A stretch of DNA of 64,000 nt from an uncultured delta proteobacterium (GTDB lineage Bacteria; Desulfobacterota; Binatia; Binatales; Binataceae). The notes beneath the pieces were generated by a model. That model was not told where the DNA came from. It ran no database searches and saw nothing but the letters and a program-made list of their open reading frames with translations. The DNA lies in assembly GCA_963814035.1 (NCBI GenBank), contig CAWFBH010000002.1:118691-182690 (forward strand), written 5' to 3'. Position 1 is the first letter of the stretch, and each line of letters begins with the position of its first letter. This document shows, piece after piece, positions 29,467-37,828 of the stretch. Position numbers and translations under genes: made by a program.

Positions 29467-30844
29467 GGTAGTGTCGCGAAGTTGGTAGAAAAGTGAAAAG
29501 GCGTCAAGATCCGGCGAGTTGAGCCACAACTCGCGCCCGCTTGCAGGCGGGTGCCGGAGGATGACGCCATGGAAAGCGATAGCAGTCGTGGGTGGCAAGG
29601 GAAAGGTGCGCTCGAGGAGTTGATGCGGGAACGGATCCGCACCACCATCGAGAACATCATCGATGAAGAATTGGTGGCCGCGCTGGGTGCGGAACGATCG
29701 CAGCGCACCGGTCCGGTTCGAGTCGGGTATCGGCACGGTAAGCGCTCGCGAACGCTGACCACCAGTCTTGGACCCACCACCATCGCCATGCCGCGGGCAC
29801 GCCTTGAGGGTGAAGATGGTCGGTGCCGCGAGTGGCGCAGTGCCATTATTCCGCGCTATCAGCGGCGCACCGAGCGAGTCGATGAGGCGATCCTCGGAGT
29901 GTACCTCAGCGGCACCAACACGCGTCGACTGCGTGGAGCATTGGCCCCGTTGTTACGTGGTGCGCCATTGTCTAAGGATGCAGTATCGCGTCTGGTCGGG
30001 CGTTTACGCGAGGACTTCGCGGCGTGGGCACAGCGGGATCTCGGTGAACTGAAAATCCGTTATCTGTTTCTCGACGGCTGGTATCCGCGGATGAGGATCG
30101 GGAAAAAGCGCGTGCGCGTGCCGGTGTTGGTCACGCTGGGGGTTTGCGCCGATGGCCGCCGGGAGGTGCTCGACCTGCGCCTGGCAGGGGTCGAGAGCGC
30201 GGAGGCCTGGCTCGATGCGGTGCGCTCGCTGGGCGCGCGCAGTCTCAGTGCGCCGGTGCTGGCGGTAGTTGATGGCAATCCAGGACTGGCCGCGGCGCTT
30301 AAAGTGCAATGGCCGCAGATCGCGATCCAACGTTGTACCAACCATAAGCTGTGGAACCTGCTGGCCAAGGCCCCGGCCCATCTGCGCGAGGAACTCGCAG
30401 AGGACTATCGGCGCATGATCTATGCCGAGAGCCGCGAAGCGGTCGAGCATGCGCGGGTTGGTTTTGCCCGCAAGTGGAAGCTGCGCTGCAAGACCGTCAG
30501 CGCCAGCTTCGAGGAAGCCGGCGACGAACTCTTTACCTTTACCGCTTTTCCGATTTCTCAATGGAAGGCGCTGCGGACCACCAACGCGCTGGAGCGAATC
30601 AACGAGGAATTCCGGCGGCGGACCAAGACCCAGGCTTCGCTGCCCAGCGAGGAGGCGGTGCTACTCTTGCTTTTCGGCCTCCTGCGCAGCGGCCAAGTTA
30701 CTCTGCGCCGCCTGGTTGGCTGGCACGACTTAGCCATCATCAGCGATCAACCGGAGGCCGCATAGTAACACCTTGATAGTTTAACTGCTCAACTCGCTAA
30801 ATTGATCATGCTAAATGCTTTTCCACCATTTGACCGACACCACC
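29467..30844 (+). mobile_element. IS256-family insertion sequence, 1378 bp
   Basis: Imperfect terminal inverted repeats GGTAGTGTCG..TGGTAGAAAAG / GGTGGTGTCG..TGGTGGAAAAG; 9-bp direct repeat ACATTCGTT at 29458-29466 and 30845-30853. Confidence 0.93.
29551..30765 (+). CDS. IS256-family transposase
   Basis: YLFLDG, VVDGNPGL, QRCTNHK, RTTNALERINEEFRRR. Confidence 0.96.
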   Translation: MPEDDAMESDSSRGWQGKGALEELMRERIRTTIENIIDEELVAALGAERSQRTGPVRVGYRHGKRSRTLTTSLGPTTIAMPRARLEGEDGRCREWRSAIIPRYQRRTERVDEAILGVYLSGTNTRRLRGALAPLLRGAPLSKDAVSRLVGRLREDFAAWAQRDLGELKIRYLFLDGWYPRMRIGKKRVRVPVLVTLGVCADGRREVLDLRLAGVESAEAWLDAVRSLGARSLSAPVLAVVDGNPGLAAALKVQWPQIAIQRCTNHKLWNLLAKAPAHLREELAEDYRRMIYAESREAVEHARVGFARKWKLRCKTVSASFEEAGDELFTFTAFPISQWKALRTTNALERINEEFRRRTKTQASLPSEEAVLLLLFGLLRSGQVTLRRLVGWHDLAIISDQPEAA

Positions 30845-30861
30845 ACATTCGTTTACCGGAG

Positions 30862-31417
30862 TCAGTGTAAATGAGGAATTAAATGTTGCGCAGCGAATAG
30901 CATTGCCAGCACAATCAGCATCGAACCTGCCACCCGTTGCGCCTCATGTTCATAGCGCTCGCCGATGCGCTGCCCGAACGCCAATCCTACAAAGGTGAAA
31001 ATGCTGGTGGTGATCGAAACCGTGATCAGCAGCGGCAGCAGCGGAATGCCGATGGCGGGCAGCGCGAAGCCAACTCCAAGCGAATCGAGGCTGATAGATA
31101 AGGACGTGATCAACAACCCGACCCCTCGCGTCAGGTCGAAAGCCGGCTCAGGAGTGATCGAACGACTCATGAATCATGAATGCGCCGACCACCGCCAGCA
31201 GTCCGAAGCCGAACCATTCGGCGATCTCGCCGAAGAGCCTTCCCGCCCCGGTGCCGAGCTCATAGCCGATCACCTGCATCGTGATCTCGGCGGTCGCGAA
31301 GGCGGCTCCGAGGCGGATTCGCGTCGACCATTCGGCCTTGGTGATTCCGACCCCGACTGAAATCGCGAAAACGTCCAGGCCGATCGCAATCGCGACCGCC
31401 AGAATCTTCATCAACAT
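30862..31417 (-). CDS. mntP: Manganese efflux pump MntP-family protein, one frameshift near 31160
   Basis: Duplicated motifs GLDVFAIS and SLDSLGVG in ORFs 31148..31522 and 30862..31170; six hydrophobic segments. Confidence 0.75.
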
Positions 31418-31472
31418 GACCCGCTCGGAAGCCATCAGTCGCGGCAGGTTATCAGACACGAAGGTCCACGCA

Positions 31473-31508
31473 ACGATGGCGTCCGTGGGTAACGACGGAC
31501 GCCATCGT
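31473..31508. promoter_or_regulatory. Perfect 14-bp hairpin in the mntP leader
   Basis: ACGATGGCGTCCGT-N8-ACGGACGCCATCGT, 56 bp upstream of the likely start; no U-tract. Confidence 0.5.
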
Positions 31509-31864
31509 GTGGCACAACTCATTTGCCTGTCGAAGGAGACGGGGACTCCGAACTTTCTCGGCTGTCGCCGACATAAGCAGAAACCAGGCCATCCGCCACG
31601 ACTCGTCTAGACGCAACAGGGCGCGATGAAACCGAAAGCCTACCGGCCGGCCAGTCGCAAACAAGACCGCCTGTCTAGAAGAAGTTGTAGCACGCTGGAA
31701 ACGCGGCTCGACGGCTGCGAATGGCCTCGGGCATCGGATCTGTTGGGCTTCCCGCACCCGGCATTGGTGCTGGAAACTCGTGTAACGGCAATTTGTCTGC
31801 CATCCGCAGCTATGTCGCAGGGCGAGAGCCACAGTTATGCTGAGGATATCCAGCGGAGAGATAG

Positions 31865-32683
31865 GTGAGGCTTTCAAACCGTAGCAAAATGTTCGCGATC
31901 GCTGTCCTCATCGCCATTGCGATTTGGAGCTGGGCCGATCAGGCCGCCTGCGAAAGCGCGTTCGATCTGTCCGCGACCAACGTCACCATCTTCGCTCCCG
32001 ACAGCCAGCAGGTCATCGGCGCGGGGCACTACAACCTGACCCATGTGGACGGATTCGATGTGGTCGAAGGCGAGAACAAATACCTCGACGGCGAATACGA
32101 TCGCGAGAAGCAGCGCCTACGGCCCAGCGTCAGCGGCTTGCCCCCGGTTCTCGTCGAATATCGCCATCGCTATTTTAATGCCGATGGGACGCCGCAATAT
32201 GAAGAATCCCTCGACGCGCGCAGCGGCGATGCCACCTGCAAGTTTTATGATTCCTCGGTTCCCGACATTTACCAATCCTCGGTCAAAGTTCCACCCGACA
32301 CCTATGCCGGCGCGACGCAGTTGATGCTGCTGGTGGGGCGCCTGCGCGAGGCCGCCCCCGCCATCACGTTCCATTCATTCAATTGCATCCCCGAGCCGAA
32401 GATCGTCGCGGTTAAAGCGACGCCGATTAGCGGCCCGACCACCTGGCCGATGTATCCCGGTAATCTGGTGAAAATGGAAATGAAGCCCGACTTCGGATGG
32501 CTCAATGTTGTCCTCGCGCCGTTCATCCCGAAGGTCTTTGCGTGGTTCGATCCGGCCAACAACTTCAACTACGTCGGTGGACAGTTCGATCGCTACTTCA
32601 AAGGACGCCACGTCCTGATGGTTCGCACGCACGATCCTAACCCGGTGGCGCAGAGTTCGCCCTCGGAGCTCCCGCCTCATTGA
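31865..32683 (+). CDS. Secreted hypothetical protein (paralog 1)
   Basis: Signal peptide; strong similarity to the next ORF; no recognised family motif. Confidence 0.82.
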   Translation: MRLSNRSKMFAIAVLIAIAIWSWADQAACESAFDLSATNVTIFAPDSQQVIGAGHYNLTHVDGFDVVEGENKYLDGEYDREKQRLRPSVSGLPPVLVEYRHRYFNADGTPQYEESLDARSGDATCKFYDSSVPDIYQSSVKVPPDTYAGATQLMLLVGRLREAAPAITFHSFNCIPEPKIVAVKATPISGPTTWPMYPGNLVKMEMKPDFGWLNVVLAPFIPKVFAWFDPANNFNYVGGQFDRYFKGRHVLMVRTHDPNPVAQSSPSELPPH

Positions 32684-32775
32684 TTCCGCGCTGTCCGAAG
32701 CGACTTTCTGTCGAGAAAGTTTCCTTCCTGAGAACGCACCATTAAATTCCAGCAGCTCGCGGTCGCCTGCGTTTT

Positions 32776-33621
32776 TTGCCCGCGCCGCGGCGGCTATGCT
32801 CTGCCGCATCGATGTGGAAATTGATGGTCGCGACCACCCTGCTTTTCACCATCAGCGTGCTTTGCATGACTGTGGCCGCTTTCGCGGCGGATGGCGCTGG
32901 TGCGTTCGACCTCAGTAATACCGATGTAACCATCCTCAATCCCGATACCCGCGAAGTCCTCGGGCATGGCCACTACAAGGTTGCTCGCGAAGGTGGTGCC
33001 ATGCGGTTCGACGGGGAAAATCGCTTCCTCGATGGCGAATATGATCACGAGGTGCAACGCGTCAACCTCAGCATCGGAAATTCGCCGCCGATCCTGGTTG
33101 ACTACCAACATTCGTTCTTCAATGCCGATGGCTCACCTGAATCGACCGATGCGATCGACGCGAAGACCGGCGACCTCGTCTGCACCCATTTTCATGGCGC
33201 CGACGCTCCTGAGATCCGGCGTGCGAAGGTCGCTATCCCGCGCGACACTTACGTCGGGTCATCGCAGTTGATGCTGCTGGTAGGACGCCTGCGCGAGGGC
33301 GCGCATACCATCTCGATGCATACCTTCATCTGCCTTCCCGGTCCCCATATCATCGCGATGACAATCACCCCACCGGAAGACAAAGTGAAGTGGGCGATGT
33401 ACCCCGGCGACCTGTTGAAGGTCGAGATGGTGCCAGACTTTGGATGGCTGGGAGCCCTCGCCGGGCCGTTCATTCCCAAATCGTATGGATGGTTCGACCC
33501 CGCCGAGAATTTCAACTATGTCGGCGGGCTGTTCGATCGGTTCTATACCCATCATCATCTGATGATGGTGCGTGCAGGCTCCGGCAAGAGTGTGCTTCAG
33601 CAGTCAGGTGCCTCGCGATAG
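32776..33621 (+). CDS. Secreted hypothetical protein (paralog 2)
   Basis: Shares FDLS, GEN.FLDGEYD, QLMLLVGRLRE, MYPG.L, PDFGWL, WFDPA.NFNYVGG.FDR with paralog 1; true start may be a few codons downstream. Confidence 0.82.
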   Translation: MPAPRRLCSAASMWKLMVATTLLFTISVLCMTVAAFAADGAGAFDLSNTDVTILNPDTREVLGHGHYKVAREGGAMRFDGENRFLDGEYDHEVQRVNLSIGNSPPILVDYQHSFFNADGSPESTDAIDAKTGDLVCTHFHGADAPEIRRAKVAIPRDTYVGSSQLMLLVGRLREGAHTISMHTFICLPGPHIIAMTITPPEDKVKWAMYPGDLLKVEMVPDFGWLGALAGPFIPKSYGWFDPAENFNYVGGLFDRFYTHHHLMMVRAGSGKSVLQQSGASR

Positions 33622-33814
33622 CTATCGAGGAAGAAAAACAAACCCACTTCCAGGCGCGAACTCCTCCTGATGACTCGTTACTTGCGCGCAGTCGGCACAT
33701 GGGGTTCAATTAACCAATCGAATCACCGCCAAATTGCCGCTAATCGCGCTTCGATATCGGCAAGCGTGGCAGATGTCGCTTCTGGGTCAGGTTCGTGGGT
33801 TTGGAGGTTTTCTG

Positions 33815-34813
33815 ATGGCGGGTTTTCAAAACAGGTGCAAATCGATAGCCAAAACGGCTTTTATCGCGCTGAGCCTGGCTGTCGCATTCGCCCTCCCCGC
33901 GCATGCCGCTTACCTCGATAGCTTCGAGCAGGGCGGCACTTTCTTCGACGATGGCGTCGGAGTGGTCCATATCCGGCCCTCAAAGTCGAAGACCGAGACC
34001 GATTACGCACCTGGAATTCCCGCTTCTCAAGGCAACAACTACGCCCGTTTACTGGTGCAGGCCTGGCTTCAGAACGGATGTTTCACCGACACCTCAGGCA
34101 ACTCATTTTGCGGCATTAATGGCTCGCAGGCTCCCAATGCGTGCCGGCCCGGCGGGTTGGAATCGGACAATTCGGTGAATTGCGATGGTCCTCTCACCGA
34201 ATGGGGGCTGCCTTATGGTCACTTCGACAAGGGCGTCGCGATCACCGGCAACGGCGCGACGACCTCGCTCGATATCTACCTCGACACCAATTTCGCGATG
34301 AATTCCACCGCAGCATGGAAGGATTATCGCTTCGATTGGGACTCCGACCTGCTCGATAACCAGGGGAAATTCCTGCAGGACTACGTCTTCAATGTCGCGG
34401 TAGGCGATGGCCACGATTCATGCGCGCCCTCCACCGGTGGCTATTTCGTCATCGAAGCGTCGACCAACTCGCAGCGGTCGGGAGCCAATGCGCATAACAC
34501 CGCCAACACTCAGTCCTGTATCACGCAATCCGGCTGGTACACTTTCACGCATACGTTCACCAAGGATCATGACGGCAATCTCGAAGTCGATATGACCGTC
34601 GCTCCCGCGCAAACCAATCATGCAGTCGGCACCTGGACGATTCATCCCTCGTGTCTGGCGGCGCAGATTGCCGATGGCGCATGCCCCACGGACGCGACTG
34701 CGACCACCCCGCTGCCGTTCTCGGCCGTGGGCGCGAATTTCCTCGGATGGTTCCCTGACCAGGAGATCAACAACCTCGCGATCGACAACGCGCAGCGCAG
34801 CGATCTGCACTAA
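33815..34813 (+). CDS. Secreted Cys-containing hypothetical protein
   Basis: GGAGG RBS, signal peptide ending PAHA, eight Cys in the mature part, Ser/Thr/Gly/Asn-rich. Confidence 0.8.
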   Translation: MAGFQNRCKSIAKTAFIALSLAVAFALPAHAAYLDSFEQGGTFFDDGVGVVHIRPSKSKTETDYAPGIPASQGNNYARLLVQAWLQNGCFTDTSGNSFCGINGSQAPNACRPGGLESDNSVNCDGPLTEWGLPYGHFDKGVAITGNGATTSLDIYLDTNFAMNSTAAWKDYRFDWDSDLLDNQGKFLQDYVFNVAVGDGHDSCAPSTGGYFVIEASTNSQRSGANAHNTANTQSCITQSGWYTFTHTFTKDHDGNLEVDMTVAPAQTNHAVGTWTIHPSCLAAQIADGACPTDATATTPLPFSAVGANFLGWFPDQEINNLAIDNAQRSDLH

Positions 34814-36558
34814 ACACGATCACGCTCCGGGACCAGGCGCAGCATCTCTTTCAGCGGCGCGAGATGCTTCTCGTAATGGCGCCATCTACCCACTGATTGC
34901 TGGTGGATCGGCTGGCGTACCTGCCACTTACTTGCCGTATCCACCGCATTGCGATTGGTGTGAGGCGCGAGGCAGCGTTCGTCCCATTCCAGCCCGAGCG
35001 CATCCAGCGTTGTGCGCGCCGCGAGTTCGGTCTTCATGACCATGTCTTCATAGCTGACCTCGATTGGCGCAATCGGCAGGACCTTGCGCCAATGCTCCAT
35101 GGTTCTGAAGTATTCGCCGTAAAAGTGCCCGATATTGCGCAAATCAAAGGAATAATCGTAGGGAAAGTTGAAGCGCTGGAAGTAGTTGGATAGCCCCATA
35201 TCCAACGGATGGCGCGTGCAGTGAATGATGCGCGCCTGCGGAAACAGCATCGCGATGAATCCGAGATGCCGGAAATTCAGCGGATGCTTATCGATCACAT
35301 GCGGAACCTCTGCCTCGACATCGCGTCTGAGCCGGTTTTCATAACTATCGATCAGGCGCTTTCCAACCACGGGCGTAAGATGCCACGCAGCCTCCGGATA
35401 AAGGATTTTGTTTTCCATCAGCTCCGGCAGCATCGAGATCGATTCCAGCATCGTCGGCAGCTCTCCCGCCGATGCTATCGCGGTATGATTCGACAGTATC
35501 TGCGCCATCAGCGTGGTGCCCGATCGAGGCATACCCACGATGAACAAGGGCGCCGCACTCTCGGATGCGAAGGCAAACCGCCGAGCAATAAATTCTTTGT
35601 TGAAGACTTCGATGATGCTGTCGGTAAATTGCGCGACCCGGCCGGCATCGTAGGAAACGGCGGCGTTGCGCATTTGATTGGCCTGCCGGAAGCATTCGAA
35701 TGCCTCATCGTAAAGGCCGCAGTCGTCGTAAATTTTGCCCAGTGAGAAACCAAGGCAGTCCCGTTCTTGCCACGTGGTACCAGGCCGAGCGAGCAGTTTC
35801 CGGATAGCTTCGGCATCGGCGTGATCAGGGTCTCGATATCGGCGAATGCTGGTCAGGCCGAACCATGGATCGGGAAAATTCGGCCTCACCGCGAGCGCCC
35901 TAAGATACATCGCTTCGGCTTCCCGCATGTCGCCCTTGCTCACGAGGCATAGGCCCCGCGTCTGATACGCCTCGGCCAGCTCGGGCCTCAGCGCGAGGGC
36001 TCGGTCGCAACTTGCTATCGCATCGTCATATCGTTTCAGTTGCAGCAGGACGGCGGCCCGGTTGAGATGAGCTTCCGCGCTGTCAGGTTTGAGCGCGAGG
36101 GCGTTGTCGCAACTCGTCAGCGCCTCCTCGAAGCGCCCCATTTCCAGTAGCGATACGCCGCGGTTGTGATGGGCCTCGGCAAAGTTGGGCCGTAGTTCGA
36201 GGGCACGGTCGCAGCTCGCCAATGCTTCGCCATATCGCATCAGATGCGGCAAGGTGGCGCCGCGATTGTTATGTGCGTTGGCATAGTCCGGCTTCAGTTC
36301 GATGGCTCGATCGCAACTCGCCAGCGCTTCCTGATAGCGACCCATTTCCTGCAAAGTAACGCTGCGGTTGTTATGCAGTTCTGCCAGTTCGGGTTTGAGC
36401 GCGAGGGCTTTATCGTAGCTCGCCAGCGCCTCGTCGTAGCGACGCATTTTGTTGAGGATAAGGCCGCGGTTGTTATGAGCCTCGGCAGATCCGGGCGCCA
36501 GCTCGATCGCCCTGTCGTAGCGCGCCAGCTCTTCATCATGTTGAGGCATCTGAGCCAT
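34810..36558 (-). CDS. TPR-repeat sulfotransferase
   Basis: Several AEAHNNRG..LA.CDRAL TPRs; PAPS motifs FIVGMPRSGTTL and RHPLD..LSNY; TASKWQVRQPI. Confidence 0.94.
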   Translation of the reverse strand: MAQMPQHDEELARYDRAIELAPGSAEAHNNRGLILNKMRRYDEALASYDKALALKPELAELHNNRSVTLQEMGRYQEALASCDRAIELKPDYANAHNNRGATLPHLMRYGEALASCDRALELRPNFAEAHHNRGVSLLEMGRFEEALTSCDNALALKPDSAEAHLNRAAVLLQLKRYDDAIASCDRALALRPELAEAYQTRGLCLVSKGDMREAEAMYLRALAVRPNFPDPWFGLTSIRRYRDPDHADAEAIRKLLARPGTTWQERDCLGFSLGKIYDDCGLYDEAFECFRQANQMRNAAVSYDAGRVAQFTDSIIEVFNKEFIARRFAFASESAAPLFIVGMPRSGTTLMAQILSNHTAIASAGELPTMLESISMLPELMENKILYPEAAWHLTPVVGKRLIDSYENRLRRDVEAEVPHVIDKHPLNFRHLGFIAMLFPQARIIHCTRHPLDMGLSNYFQRFNFPYDYSFDLRNIGHFYGEYFRTMEHWRKVLPIAPIEVSYEDMVMKTELAARTTLDALGLEWDERCLAPHTNRNAVDTASKWQVRQPIHQQSVGRWRHYEKHLAPLKEMLRLVPERDRV

Positions 36559-36917
36559 CTTCCTGAATATTCCGGCGGTTATAGCTGATTCATTTTGATG
36601 AGAGTACCGGCCTGCTGAGAGCCTACAGCTTAACCTTCCATTTTTTCGGTAATTGGCTACACTACGAGGGTAAGCGCGGTGACGAATAGTTGCCGCGTTT
36701 GGCGTTTGGGAGTGAACAGTTTCGAGTTATGAAAATGCAAAAACAAACCCACTCAGTGCTTGTTCTCGCCGACATGAAAATGACGAAACGAAGCCAAATT
36801 CATCAACAAATCCAAGAGATTTCCAAGTTGGCTTTATGAGAAATCCCGCTCTCCGAGGGGCGGACTCGGCAATTTTGGAGCATTTTCTAAGACATTAAAC
36901 CGATCTGCATTCGGCGC

Positions 36918-36943
36918 TTGACGTAGGGCGAATAAAGAGCGAA
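36918..36943 (+). promoter_or_regulatory. Putative imuA promoter with candidate LexA-type operator
   Basis: TTGACG (36918-23) followed by direct repeat CGAA-N7-CGAA (36929-43), 10 bp before the ATG. Confidence 0.45.
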
Positions 36944-36953
36944 AACAGATCGC

Positions 36954-37816
36954 ATGGCCGCCCTACCCGCCCTCGCCATCCAGCTCCCCGAGACCGCCCC
37001 GCTCCTTAACGGCCAGACCGCCTCGACGGCGCAACTTCAACAATTACTTGAATTTCCTGGAGTCTTCAAAGGCCACGAACTGACCCGCAAAGAAGGCCGC
37101 CTGACCTGCGGCATTGCTCCTATCGATGCGCTTATCGGCGGCCTCGCGCGCGGCCGCATCAGTGAAATCACCGGCCCCATCAGCTCGGGTAAGACGACGA
37201 TAGCGGCATCGTTTGCGAGCGCCGCCTCGCGTCGTGGCGAGGCGGTCGGATGGGTCGATGTCCCGGGTGCATTCGATCCGCGCAGCCTCGAAGCCGCGGG
37301 CGCCGACCTCGCGCGCATCATGTGGGTCAGCTTCGCAAAGAAGCCGGCCTCCTCGCGCGGCGGCTTCATCTCCAAGGAGCGCGAACGGCGCAATGAGCTG
37401 AAGGCGGCGGAGATGCTCCTCGAGGCGGGAGGCTTCGGGCTGGTCGTCATCGATTTCGGCGCGATGCGCTTCCCGCTCTCACAGAGCGCGTCCCTCGCCT
37501 GGCGCGCGCGGCGGAACGCAGTGGCGCTGCTGTGCTCGCGCTCGCCGGCAATCGCGTATGCGGCACCTTCGCGGCGCTGACGCTCTCGATGAGCAAGCTG
37601 CGCGCGAGTTTCAGCCGCTTCGGCAAGGACGCGCCGGCGCTCTTCGATGGCCTCCGCCTCGAGGCATCGGTGGAGCGCAACAAGCTGGGTCTCTTCGGCG
37701 ATCGCGCGCAACTCTTCGCCGCGGTCGATCCTCTATCAATTCAAGATTCCCTTCTGATACCCCTTCCACTTCAGGGGAAGGGGCTAGGGGTTAGGTCTCT
37801 TGCCTCGAGTTACTAA
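36954..37816 (+). CDS. imuA: ImuA/RecA-like protein, one frameshift near 37495
   Basis: GIAPIDALIGGLARGRISEITGPISSGKTT, WVD..FDP, GGFGLVVID; continues LRLARAAERSG in ORF 37532..37816; first gene of the cassette. Confidence 0.85.
37760..37797. repeat. Palindromic repeat inside the imuA 3' end
   Basis: CCCCTTCC..GGAAGGGG-CTAGGGGTTAGGTC; translated as PLPLQGKGLGVR. Confidence 0.8.
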
Positions 37817-37828
37817 CTCCAAGTCACT

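Noticed and set aside
36560-36900. AT-rich spacer as a hidden gene or tRNA
   Set aside because: No credible ORF or cloverleaf; only low-complexity motifs.
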